Counted from the first letter of the stretch, positions 29,013 through 39,635 are shown. The stretch: 64,000 nucleotides of DNA from Gemmatimonadaceae bacterium (GCA_045803545.1 JBJMOW010000004.1:512001-576000), one strand, 5' to 3'. Notes: generated from the letters alone by a model not told the origin. Numbers and translations: made by a program.

Positions 29013-29054
29013 TGCAAAAAGCTCGCCCGACCGGTGTAAGGCACGGATGTTGAA
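29013..29054. promoter_or_regulatory. Back-to-back sigma54-like -24/-12 promoter motifs
   Basis: Minus strand GG-CGAGCTTTTT-GC-A (29027-29013); plus strand AA-GG-CACGGATGTT-GA-A (29038-29054). Confidence 0.5.
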
Positions 29055-29082
29055 CTCCGTGACTCCGTTCCTGGGGAGCATC

Positions 29083-29688
29083 ATGCGCAGAAAGTCAAAA
29101 ATGTACACAGCGCTGGTCTGGGGAACGTCGCTCGTGGCGATGTCACCCGCCTTGGTACGCGCGCAGGTCGCGGCTAGTGATGCGAACAACCAGACGTGCG
29201 CGGCACTGCTGTCGAACGACGGCAGTGTCGGCGCGCGAGTCGGGCCCGGGCTCACCGACACCGCATCGCGGCGCGATACTACGACCCGCGCTCGAGCGGA
29301 TAGCGCATCGTTTGGCATTGGCGGCGCCCGTACAGGCACAACCAATCCGACAGTGCATCTCCTCGTCGGTGTTCAGGCGGACCAGGTCACATTCGCCAAA
29401 CAACCGCAGGTGCGAGTGCGGCTTTGCTGGGGCGGCGACACGCTGAGAGTAGTGCAGCGAACGAATCTCCCGTCGCCAGTGGTCGCCGGTACTACCTATA
29501 GAAACGTATACGTCGCGGTCGAGTTGATCGGCCGATTGAACGGCCAGTGCCTATCGGACGCGATTGGCGTTGGCAATCAGCAAACGCAACCACGTGCGGG
29601 CGCCGCGCCGACATCAGCTGCCAATTGCGCGTTCCTCGGCGGGAATGCGAGCGCCGGTCAGGGAAGTCCGAGACCGCCAGTCCCATGA
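29083..29688 (+). CDS. Secreted hypothetical protein B (four Cys, beta-rich)
   Basis: GGGGAG RBS; signal peptide ending VRA-Q; RTNLPSPVVAGTTYRNVYV motif. Confidence 0.8.
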   Translation: MRRKSKMYTALVWGTSLVAMSPALVRAQVAASDANNQTCAALLSNDGSVGARVGPGLTDTASRRDTTTRARADSASFGIGGARTGTTNPTVHLLVGVQADQVTFAKQPQVRVRLCWGGDTLRVVQRTNLPSPVVAGTTYRNVYVAVELIGRLNGQCLSDAIGVGNQQTQPRAGAAPTSAANCAFLGGNASAGQGSPRPPVP

Positions 29689-30185
29689 TCAGTCATCATT
29701 GCTCGATCACTGGCGCAGCGATGTTTGTGCTGAGCTCGGTTGCGATCGGACAAACGCCGCCGCGACCGACTCCGATTCCAAATCAGGTCCCACCGCGATC
29801 ACTCACTGCACAGGGCGCGCTTTCGGACTCGACGGCCGGAACGGCCGCGGGCTGCCCGGGCGGGAACGGCATTCACATCTCGACAACTGGCGGGACTGGA
29901 ACCGACTCATCCTCGGGAACGAATCAATTCATAGGGCTCGGGCAGTCGGTCGACACGACCTGGGTCTTCAATATTCAGCAGCGAACCTGGACGCGCACCA
30001 ATCTTGCGGCTGCGCTGAGTGTCGGACTCGCAGATGAAACGCGCGGACGATACGCGATATGTGCGGGAGTGACGGCGATAATGCCGAGTGCAACGCTGAC
30101 ACTTCGAGGTGCGCGCGGTCGTGTGCACTTCGCGGCATCACTCAAACAACTGAGCGATGCTCTTCGGTTAGGTCCGGGGCGATGA
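29685..30185 (+). CDS. Secreted hypothetical protein C (divergent copy of the A/D core)
   Basis: ATGA overlap with B; signal-like N-terminus; AG-x9-LT[IL]xG[AV]R-x8-L pattern shared with A. Confidence 0.72.
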   Translation: MISHHCSITGAAMFVLSSVAIGQTPPRPTPIPNQVPPRSLTAQGALSDSTAGTAAGCPGGNGIHISTTGGTGTDSSSGTNQFIGLGQSVDTTWVFNIQQRTWTRTNLAAALSVGLADETRGRYAICAGVTAIMPSATLTLRGARGRVHFAASLKQLSDALRLGPGR

Positions 30186-30201
30186 GCCTTCAACCTGGGA
30201 G

Positions 30202-30663
30202 ATGGTGACGATGCGTGGTGGAATCCTGATTACCGGACTCTTTCTCTGTGCCGCCGCAGTGCCGGCGTTTGCACAACAGCCAACCGGACAGCGCACGTTC
30301 ACCAGTAACGCGCAGGTAACTCCGAATCGCGATGTGATCCTCGAGATTCCGGAACTGTCGGTCGATTCGATCGGCCTGACGGTTTCCGATGTACGCGCTC
30401 ACGTCGCGCTCGACGCCAACGCGATGAACCTCGTCCAGTTGACGGCAGGCGTCGATGTCGGGATCAAGAAGGTGCAGCTCGGCATCGTCGGTGTGATGGC
30501 GGAGGCTTACCTCTACGTCGACCTCGATAACGTCGCCAGGATCGTGAACCGCGTTGTGCAGACCCTCGACCGGAATCCGCAGATTCTGATTCAGGTGCTC
30601 AAGACTGTTGATACCGCGGTCAATTCGATTACGGGACAGCCGGGACAGCCGCCGCGGCCGTAA
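30202..30663 (+). CDS. Secreted hypothetical protein D (signal peptide plus single amphipathic beta core)
   Basis: Signal ending AFA-Q; ungapped alignment with protein A. The true start may be the ATG at 30211. Confidence 0.85.
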   Translation: MVTMRGGILITGLFLCAAAVPAFAQQPTGQRTFTSNAQVTPNRDVILEIPELSVDSIGLTVSDVRAHVALDANAMNLVQLTAGVDVGIKKVQLGIVGVMAEAYLYVDLDNVARIVNRVVQTLDRNPQILIQVLKTVDTAVNSITGQPGQPPRP

Positions 30664-30690
30664 CGGCACTGCGAACTGATAACTGCAACC

Positions 30691-30831
30691 AAAGGTAGGG
30701 AGTCAGCAGAGAGCTCAGGCCAGAGTTGGCAGCTACGATCCTGGCGATCCAGGCGCAACGCGCTTCGAATGCGCGTAACAACGCCGCGAACTGAGTTCTG
30801 AGCTCTCTGCATTCTGCCTACCTTTTTTTTT
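30691..30831. terminator. Long imperfect hairpin ending in a T-run between convergent genes
   Basis: GCAGAGAGCTCAG (30706-30718) pairs with CTGAGCTCTCTGC (30798-30810); outer AAAGGTAGG/CCTACCTTT; then a T tract. Confidence 0.65.
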
Positions 30832-30842
30832 CGTCCTCAGTT

Positions 30843-32612
30843 CTACTCGTCGAGAATAGAGTCGGTAACGAAGTACCCATTCGCAGCCCGTACCGACTCC
30901 GCAACCGCGCGCCGGGTATCGTCGACCTCCTCTTCGCGAGAGTCGAGCATTCCGCGGTTAGTCCGGAATCGCCGCCCCCCCTCGACGCAGAACAAATCCG
31001 CTAAGGCAATCTCGCGGTCGCACATCTCGACACCGCGCTCATCGATCAAACTCTGGGTGCGCGCGATGACTGCGGCCGTGGCGAAAAGATCGATCGCCAT
31101 GTTCGCCAGCCGTTCGAGCACGAACTGGCTCTCGACGATTTTCTCGCGGTGGCGAATGATCACGCGATCGGTTGCCGCGCCCAGCTCGGCGACGTGCTTC
31201 TGGAAGTACTCCTTGTTCTTCTTGAGCCGGTCGTGGACATCGATGTCAAGCGTGGATGTCTGCCCCAGCCGCAGTCGCACGCGTGAGGTCGCATACCCAC
31301 CGAGCATACCGAGATTGCGCAGCGGGCGGCGAAGCGCTGAGCCGACTTCCTTCAACGCCTGCGCTGGCGCCTGCACTCCGTTGAGCGCGATGAAGAGGCG
31401 CAGCACTTCGTTCGCCCCCTCGAAGATGCGATTGATGCGGGAGTCGCGCAGCGCGCGCTCGTAGGGATACGGTTTGACGTAACCGCGGCCCCCGGCGAGC
31501 TGCACCATGTCGTCCGCTGCGCGCCACACCAGATCACTGGCGAACACTTTCGCGCAAGCAGCCTCGAGGGAAAAGTCGGCCTCGCCACGATCGACCAGGG
31601 ACGCGAGTATCCCGAGCATCGCGTCAGCTGCGTAGGTCTCACTCGCCATTTGGGCGAGCTTGCGCTGCGTAATCTCGAAATCGGCAAGCGGATGACCAAA
31701 CTGCACCCGCTCTTCAGCGTAAGTCGTCATCCGCTTCACTGTCGCCTTTGTCGCTCCGGTACAGCCCGCGGCAAGAGTCAGTCGCCCCGCGTTTAACACG
31801 TGTACAGCGACGCCGAAACCGCGGCCAACCGCGCCGAGCAAATGATCCGCGGGCACCTCGAGCCCCTCGTAAGCGAGCTCGGCCTGGGTCGACCCGCGAA
31901 TGCCCAGTTTGTGGACAGTGCCGACGACACGAAAGCCAGGCATGTCCGGACGGATAATGAAAGCGGTCATGCGCGGCACATCCTCTCCGCGACGGCGGAC
32001 ACTCGCCTGAGCGAACGTTGCGATGACGCCGGCGCGATGTCCGTTGCCGATCCAGATCTTCCGACCATTCAGCCGCCAGTGCGAGCCGTCCTTGGCCAGA
32101 GTCGCAGTGGTCTTGATGTTTTGCGCGTCCGACCCAACATCCGGCTCGGTCAGCGCATACGCGGCGAGAAAATCACCGCGCGCCAGCGCCGGGAGATAGC
32201 GCTCTTTCTGCTGGTCGTTCCCGTGCAGGACGATCGCTTTGGAGCCGAGACCGCAATGAACACCCACCAGGACTGCGATCCCGGCGTCGACGGTCGAAAG
32301 TGTCTCGAATACTCGCGCGTAAGCCGCCGAGGACAGCTCCAATCCGCCGTACTTCTTCGGAATCGTCAGGCCCAGCATTCCCAGCTCGGCGAGTGCGCGA
32401 ATCACGTCATCGGGAATCGTCTCCTGTTCATCGAATCTCGCCGAGTCGATGAGCGTACCTTCCATATCTCGCAGTCCCTTGATGAGGCGTCGAACGGTGC
32501 GCGCTTCATCAGGGTTGTGCTCTTCCAGAGGCCGCGGATAAGGGAAGAGTAGCGAATCGAGCACGACACCCGCGAAGATGCCGCGGGTGAAAGAGGATTG
32601 TTGTTCAGGCAC
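30843..32612 (-). CDS. Acyl-CoA dehydrogenase (VLCAD/ACAD9-like, long C-terminus)
   Basis: AYALTEPDVGSD, LNGRKIWIGNG, KLGIRGS, ERVQFG, RDSRINRIFEGANE. Confidence 0.93.
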   Translation of the reverse strand: MPEQQSSFTRGIFAGVVLDSLLFPYPRPLEEHNPDEARTVRRLIKGLRDMEGTLIDSARFDEQETIPDDVIRALAELGMLGLTIPKKYGGLELSSAAYARVFETLSTVDAGIAVLVGVHCGLGSKAIVLHGNDQQKERYLPALARGDFLAAYALTEPDVGSDAQNIKTTATLAKDGSHWRLNGRKIWIGNGHRAGVIATFAQASVRRRGEDVPRMTAFIIRPDMPGFRVVGTVHKLGIRGSTQAELAYEGLEVPADHLLGAVGRGFGVAVHVLNAGRLTLAAGCTGATKATVKRMTTYAEERVQFGHPLADFEITQRKLAQMASETYAADAMLGILASLVDRGEADFSLEAACAKVFASDLVWRAADDMVQLAGGRGYVKPYPYERALRDSRINRIFEGANEVLRLFIALNGVQAPAQALKEVGSALRRPLRNLGMLGGYATSRVRLRLGQTSTLDIDVHDRLKKNKEYFQKHVAELGAATDRVIIRHREKIVESQFVLERLANMAIDLFATAAVIARTQSLIDERGVEMCDREIALADLFCVEGGRRFRTNRGMLDSREEEVDDTRRAVAESVRAANGYFVTDSILDE

Positions 32613-32638
32613 TCAGAGAGCTGGTGAAGGTTCGATCG

Positions 32639-33088
32639 TTAAGGCGTCGTGGCGGCAACGACATCGCGCTCGCGCAGCCAGCGCCAATGCACGACGAACA
32701 GAATCAAGGCGACGATGATGAGAAGTCCGCTGCCAATCAAAGTCCTCATCGCGCGGAATTTCACGTTGCCGATCGCCTGCTCGCGCTCAGCCTCATAGAG
32801 GCGGCGCAGGTCCGTATCGGACAGGTTGTCCGTTTGCACCTTTGACGGCGCAGCGCCGACGGGCATTGGCGCGCGTGGGTCGCGTTGAGCGTCGAGCTTG
32901 TAGAGCTCGAAGCTGCTCAACGATCGGCCGGACCTGCCGTAAGCGCCCGCATCGGCGCGAATTGGATCGCTCAAATCAATCACCGCGTCGACCACCGATT
33001 TGATTGAGATGAGAATTACGATCACAGTGATGAAGCAAACTGCGTAACCGTAAACCTGCGCGATGCGACTATTCGTTCTGTCCATCAC
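32639..33088 (-). CDS. Hypothetical two-TM membrane protein
   Basis: YGYAVCFITVIV.. N-terminal TM and ..LFVVHWRW C-terminal TM; GGGAGA RBS; in operon. Confidence 0.75.
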   Translation of the reverse strand: MMDRTNSRIAQVYGYAVCFITVIVILISIKSVVDAVIDLSDPIRADAGAYGRSGRSLSSFELYKLDAQRDPRAPMPVGAAPSKVQTDNLSDTDLRRLYEAEREQAIGNVKFRAMRTLIGSGLLIIVALILFVVHWRWLRERDVVAATTP

Positions 33089-33096
33089 CAGTCTCC

Positions 33097-35172
<2,076 letters not shown>

Positions 35173-35178
35173 GCGGTA

Positions 35179-35577
35179 CTAGGTAATGGGATTTGTGCCG
35201 GTCATCCGCATCGCGAGATCGTCGGCTCGTGCCTGGTCGGTCTCGTGGGGGCGATAGACGATGACTTCCACGCGCTCGAGGGTGATCAGACCGCCGGTCA
35301 CCATCTTGTCGAGCTCGGGCAATACTGAATCGATTTTGTCTTCAGTATCGACGCACTCGACGACGATCGGCATGTCGAGGGAGAAATCCACGAACTTCGC
35401 GGCGTGGATGTGACTGCTGGCACCGAAGCTCATGATCCCGCGAGTGACGGTGGCGCCGGCGAGATGTCGCTGACGGAGCAAGTTCACAATCGCCCAATAC
35501 AACGGCTCGCCGTTGTACTTGTCGCGCTCGCCGATGTGGATCCGCATCAGGACGCGCTCACCCTTCAGGCCGTGCAT
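35179..35577 (-). CDS. DUF190 family (PII-like) protein
   Basis: MRIHIGERD, LAGATVTRGI.SFG, LD.PIVVECVD..DKI, GLITLE.V; AAGGAGG RBS. Confidence 0.88.
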   Translation of the reverse strand: MHGLKGERVLMRIHIGERDKYNGEPLYWAIVNLLRQRHLAGATVTRGIMSFGASSHIHAAKFVDFSLDMPIVVECVDTEDKIDSVLPELDKMVTGGLITLERVEVIVYRPHETDQARADDLAMRMTGTNPIT

Positions 35578-35610
35578 ATTCCCTCCTTTCAGCAGCTATA
35601 ATCAAGGTAC

Positions 35611-35997
35611 ATGATCTACCTCCTTATCGCACTTGGCGGCGGCGCCGGATCGGTCTTGCGGTACCTACTCGGGAGCGTTGTCCAGCGAAGCAGCAGCAGC
35701 GGATTTCCGATTGGCACAATGGTAGTGAACGTTTCAGGATGTTTTCTAATCGGAATTCTGGTCCGTCAGTTCCTGAACATGCAGTTGTCCAACGATTTAC
35801 GCGCGCTCATGGTCGTCGGATTCTGCGGCGGATTCACAACCTTTTCCACATTTTCGGCAGACACTCTGGCGTTGATCGAAAGCGGAGAGTACGCCCGCGC
35901 GACTGCCTACGTTTTTCTCAGCGTGTTTCTCTGTCTGCTGGCGACACTCGCCGGTATGACTGCAATTCAACTGGCGGGTGCGACCAGGCATGGGTGA
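35611..35997 (+). CDS. crcB: Fluoride channel Fluc/CrcB
   Basis: GG..GS.LRY, FP.GT..VN..GCF.IG, GFCGGFTTFSTFS. Confidence 0.95.
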   Translation: MIYLLIALGGGAGSVLRYLLGSVVQRSSSSGFPIGTMVVNVSGCFLIGILVRQFLNMQLSNDLRALMVVGFCGGFTTFSTFSADTLALIESGEYARATAYVFLSVFLCLLATLAGMTAIQLAGATRHG

Positions 35998-36049
35998 TCC
36001 GGCATGCTGGTCGCATCTCTTTTCCGATGATGATGGCGAGCCAAAGGAT

Positions 36050-37471
36050 ATGACAACAACAGCGGCGGTTGACACAGGTGCGGGACAGATTGCGCGCGAG
36101 CTCACGGACTTTCTGAGCAGGAACGAAGAGCGAATCATGCAGGAGCTGTTCGAGTTCCTGCGCATACCAAGCGTGAGCGCGAAGTCAGATCACAACGCGG
36201 ACACCAAACGCGCCGCGGACTGGGTAAAGAATTCGCTCGATCGCATCGGCGTCCCTGCGAAGGTGTATCCAACGGCCGGGCATCCAGTGGTCGTCGGAGA
36301 ATGGCGGAACGCGCCGGGTGCACCGACGGTTCTCATCTACGGGCACTACGACGTCCAGCCGGCGGAGCCGCTCGAGCTTTGGACATCGCCGGCGTTTGAG
36401 CCGACGATCCGCGATGGGAACCTGTTCGCGCGCGGCTCGGTCGATGACAAAGGCCAGCTCTTCCTGCACGTGAAAGCGCTGGAAGCGCACCTCGCGACGC
36501 GTAAGAAGCTGCCGGTCAACGTGGTGGTCATCGCTGAGGGCGAAGAGGAAGTCGGCAGCGAGCATCTCGCGCAGTTCGTCGAAGAACAGAAAAAACTTCT
36601 AGCCGCCGACGCGGTTGTTATCTCGGATTCGGCGATGTTCGCGCCGGGCCTGCCGTCGGTTCTCTCCTCACTGCGCGGACTCGCCTACTTCGAGATCAAT
36701 GTGCAGGGACCAAAGGGCGATTTGCACTCTGGCAGCTATGGCGGCGCGGTGGTAAATCCGGCGATGGCGCTGGCTCGCATTCTCGCGACTTTCCACGACG
36801 CCAAAGGGCACATTGCCATTCCTGGCTTCTACGACAAGGTGCGCGAGTGGCCGGCGAAGATTCGCGAGCAGATGCGCTCACTGCCGTTCGATGACAAGAA
36901 TCTGATGGAAGAGACGGCTGTCAACGCGCTCGGTGGAGAGGAAGGTTACACCACGCTCGAGAAGCTCTGGACTCGTCCGACGTGTGAAGTGAATGGATTG
37001 CTGAGCGGCTACACTGGCGAAGGCGCGAAAACAGTTTTGCCGGCGAAGGCGATGGCGAAAGTGAGCTGCCGACTGGTGCCCGATCAGGATCCGGCCGACA
37101 TCGAGAAACTCATGAAAGCCCACGTCGCCCAGGTCGCGCCGAAGGGGGTAAAGGCAGAGGTGAGAACGTTGCACGGCGGCCGGCCGTGGCGCGCGGAGCT
37201 GGACGGACCGATTTACGAGGCGGCGAAAGCTGCGCTGCGCGCGGCGTTCGGAAAGGAGCCGGTGATTACGGGCGAAGGGGGCTCGATTCCCGTCGTCGGT
37301 GACTTCGAGCGCATACTCGGGGCGCCGGTGCTGTTGGTCGGCTTCGGACTGCCCGGCGAAAACGCCCACGCTCCCAACGAGTGGATGAGCGTCGAGAATT
37401 TTCGCGGAGGGATGAGGGCGATGGCGGCGATGTGGGACGAATATGCGCGGCTTGTTAAGACTGCGGGGTGA
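36050..37471 (+). CDS. M20-family dipeptidase (ArgE/DapE/CNDP-like)
   Basis: YGHYDVQP, ARGSVDDKGQ, EGEEEVGS, DLHSG, GGSIP, AHAPNE. Confidence 0.92.
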   Translation: MTTTAAVDTGAGQIARELTDFLSRNEERIMQELFEFLRIPSVSAKSDHNADTKRAADWVKNSLDRIGVPAKVYPTAGHPVVVGEWRNAPGAPTVLIYGHYDVQPAEPLELWTSPAFEPTIRDGNLFARGSVDDKGQLFLHVKALEAHLATRKKLPVNVVVIAEGEEEVGSEHLAQFVEEQKKLLAADAVVISDSAMFAPGLPSVLSSLRGLAYFEINVQGPKGDLHSGSYGGAVVNPAMALARILATFHDAKGHIAIPGFYDKVREWPAKIREQMRSLPFDDKNLMEETAVNALGGEEGYTTLEKLWTRPTCEVNGLLSGYTGEGAKTVLPAKAMAKVSCRLVPDQDPADIEKLMKAHVAQVAPKGVKAEVRTLHGGRPWRAELDGPIYEAAKAALRAAFGKEPVITGEGGSIPVVGDFERILGAPVLLVGFGLPGENAHAPNEWMSVENFRGGMRAMAAMWDEYARLVKTAG

Positions 37472-37673
37472 GGACTGAACGGCGCAGTGCCTCGCTGAGC
37501 GCTTATCGCTACACGCTGTTAGCCGATCGCTCCCTGCGACGGACAGATCTCATTGCATAAAGGCAAACAGAAAGTTTTCCTGGCGTAATCGCGATTTGTC
37601 CCGTCGCTCGCAGCGCTTAGCGGTCAGCGTGAAGCGGTCAGCGCTCAGCGAGGCCGTTAGCAGTTTAGTCCTC
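37470..37673. repeat. Long (about 200 nt) imperfect inverted repeat, REP/MITE-like
   Basis: GAGGACTGAAC/GTTTAGTCCTC ends; perfect GCCTCGCTGAGCGCT (37489-37503) with AGCGCTCAGCGAGGC (37640-37654); inner GCGACGGACAGATC/GATTTGTCCCGTCGC. Confidence 0.8.
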
Positions 37674-37675
37674 GA

Positions 37676-38443
37676 TCAAAAAAGATCGATCTGCGCCTTC
37701 CTCTCCCTCTCGCGTCTGGTCAGCGCACCTAGCTCGGCTTCGCTCATTGGCTGCAAACAATCGGGCGCGTCGTAACCGGGATTATTGACCAGCGTCGAGA
37801 TGGGGAAATGCTCGAGCGCTCCATCGTGGTGGTATGCTGAACCCTGAACAAGCGAGAGCGGTTCGTGATTGCGCGACGGGTCCAGCCACTCGTCGTAGCG
37901 CGACGGGTCGAGCAGCACCGCCATCCGATCGTGGAAGCGCCCGTACCAGTCGTCGGAATCCTTCACGATTACGGTGCACGACCACAGCTCCTCATTCGTC
38001 CTATGATCGTGCCAGCGATTCCAGAGTCCGGCCATCGCAAAAGGAACTCCGTCGGGACGCCGGAGGAGGTGTGGGATCTTGTTCCGTCGCGTGCCGACCC
38101 ATTCGATGATTCCGTCGATCACGACGAGACAGCGCTGACTGCGCCATGCTTCCTGGAACGTCGGTGCTGACGCGACAGTCTCGATTCTTGCGTTGAACGC
38201 GGAATACTGGGAGTCAAATTCCTTGACGCGCTCGCTGTTGGCGAGCTTCGACGGGATGAAGTTCCAGTGCATCGTGCGCAGTACCCGCTGCTTCAGGAAC
38301 GGGTCGAAGTAGACGGCGGGAATTGGCTCGCGCGGATTCAGATTGTAGCGCGGCTTCCAGTCACCTGGCGTGAACTTGCTGGTGTAGCCGTACAGCTTTT
38401 CGGTGATGCCGTCAGGATTTACGACGGTCGCGCGCCCGCACAT
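37676..38443 (-). CDS. SRAP (YedK/HMCES) abasic-site processing protein
   Basis: N-terminal MCGR (Cys2), PRYN, FNARIET, RCLV, EW, MAGLW, HDRM. Confidence 0.9.
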   Translation of the reverse strand: MCGRATVVNPDGITEKLYGYTSKFTPGDWKPRYNLNPREPIPAVYFDPFLKQRVLRTMHWNFIPSKLANSERVKEFDSQYSAFNARIETVASAPTFQEAWRSQRCLVVIDGIIEWVGTRRNKIPHLLRRPDGVPFAMAGLWNRWHDHRTNEELWSCTVIVKDSDDWYGRFHDRMAVLLDPSRYDEWLDPSRNHEPLSLVQGSAYHHDGALEHFPISTLVNNPGYDAPDCLQPMSEAELGALTRRERERKAQIDLF

Positions 38444-38467
38444 GAAGAGAATTAAGCTGCGGGCAGC

Positions 38468-39433
38468 CTAGTTCGCGACCGCGAACTCCGTCTGGCGCGC
38501 ACGACGCCACGCCGCCGGCGACAATCCGGTCTCGCGTTTGAAGGCGCGACTGAATGCGGCTTCCGATTCGTACCCGACCTGCGCGCCAATCGCAGCCACC
38601 TTCGACGAGCCTCGCGCCAGCTGCTCCGCCGCCAGCTGCAGCCGCCACCTGGTGAGATACAGCATCGGGGGAACGCCGACGAGCGATGAAAATCGTTCGA
38701 CGAGCACGGTACGGGACGACGCGATCTCTTTCGCCAGCTCGGCGAGCGTCCACGAGCGTGTCGGCTCTTCGTGCAGTCTCGACAGCGCAGGGCCAACGAC
38801 GTTATCGCGCAACGCCCCGAGCCAACCGGCTTCCTGCGGCGGCAGCGTCTCGACGTAACGTCGCAGAACTTCGATGAACATCAGCTCCGCCATACGCGTG
38901 AGCATCGTCTCACTTCCGACCCGCCCCGTCCGTGATTCGGCCACTACCTGTTGCGGGAACTGCGACAGGAAACCGCCCGCCGCGCCGGGAATCACGATCA
39001 CCCGCGGCAGCGCCGCAATCAACGGGTTGAACGGTCTCGAGTCGCAGCCGAGGAAGCCGCATACCAGCTCCGTATTACGCGCGATATCGTTGGGACCGAG
39101 GTAGACGTTGCTCAGAAAGCGACTGGCTTCGCTGCCGTTTGATCCGGAGCGGTCGACGTAATCTTTCGTGCTCGACATCAGGTGCGAGTCGCCGTGCGGG
39201 AACACGATCACGTCGCCCGCGTGCAATTCGATCTGCTCGCCCAGCGGTCCTCCCCAGCAGGTGCCGTTGAGCAGGATGTGATATGAGATGAGATGTTCCG
39301 CATGCGGCAGAATGCGCGGCACCAGCTCCTTTGCCGGGACTGTCAGTACGGACCAGCGGCCGCCGGCTTCGACGTGGTAGAAGTGCGCACCGTTCAGCCT
39401 GACTGCACGCAAAACGTCCGACAGCGGATCCAT
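38468..39433 (-). CDS. AraC-family regulator with N-terminal cupin domain
   Basis: MDPLSDVLRAVRL start; LVCGFLGCD; PPMLYLTRWRLQLA; VGYESEAAFSRAFKRETG. Confidence 0.92.
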   Translation of the reverse strand: MDPLSDVLRAVRLNGAHFYHVEAGGRWSVLTVPAKELVPRILPHAEHLISYHILLNGTCWGGPLGEQIELHAGDVIVFPHGDSHLMSSTKDYVDRSGSNGSEASRFLSNVYLGPNDIARNTELVCGFLGCDSRPFNPLIAALPRVIVIPGAAGGFLSQFPQQVVAESRTGRVGSETMLTRMAELMFIEVLRRYVETLPPQEAGWLGALRDNVVGPALSRLHEEPTRSWTLAELAKEIASSRTVLVERFSSLVGVPPMLYLTRWRLQLAAEQLARGSSKVAAIGAQVGYESEAAFSRAFKRETGLSPAAWRRARQTEFAVAN

Positions 39434-39437
39434 TGCC

Positions 39438-39455
39438 GCAGTATTCGAATACTGC
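39438..39455. promoter_or_regulatory. Perfect 18-bp palindrome immediately upstream of the AraC start codon
   Basis: GCAGTATTCGAATACTGC is its own reverse complement. Confidence 0.55.
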
Positions 39456-39635
39456 TGCTTGCCGGCGAGAGTCGATGTACTCCCAGTAAGAAGACGGCCC
39501 CGCTCGCGAACCTGCTCACCCATATCAGAACTCACAATCAAGAGACGCGGACGATCTGTCATTTGCAGCACGTCCGGACACACGTAATCTGCGCTGTGAG
39601 ACAGAAAAGCGCTGAACAGAGTTTACGGAGAACAT

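Noticed and set aside
28093..30663. Gas vesicle (GvpA) or curli/Fap amyloid operon
   Set aside because: There is no GvpA signature and these proteins have signal peptides. There are no CsgA/FapC-type Gln/Asn repeats and no secretion-channel gene. Kept as a novel candidate instead.
35578..35610. Fluoride riboswitch upstream of crcB
   Set aside because: Only 33 bp are available, occupied by the DUF190 RBS and a TATAAT box, and I see no riboswitch consensus.
38468..39583. Upstream-extended starts in the ORF track (AraC 39583, BMP 22760, permease 19241, MFS 18237, DUF4386 55252, 47428)
   Set aside because: The extensions overlap neighbouring genes or lack family similarity. Downstream starts fit RBS, stop/start overlaps or family N-termini better.
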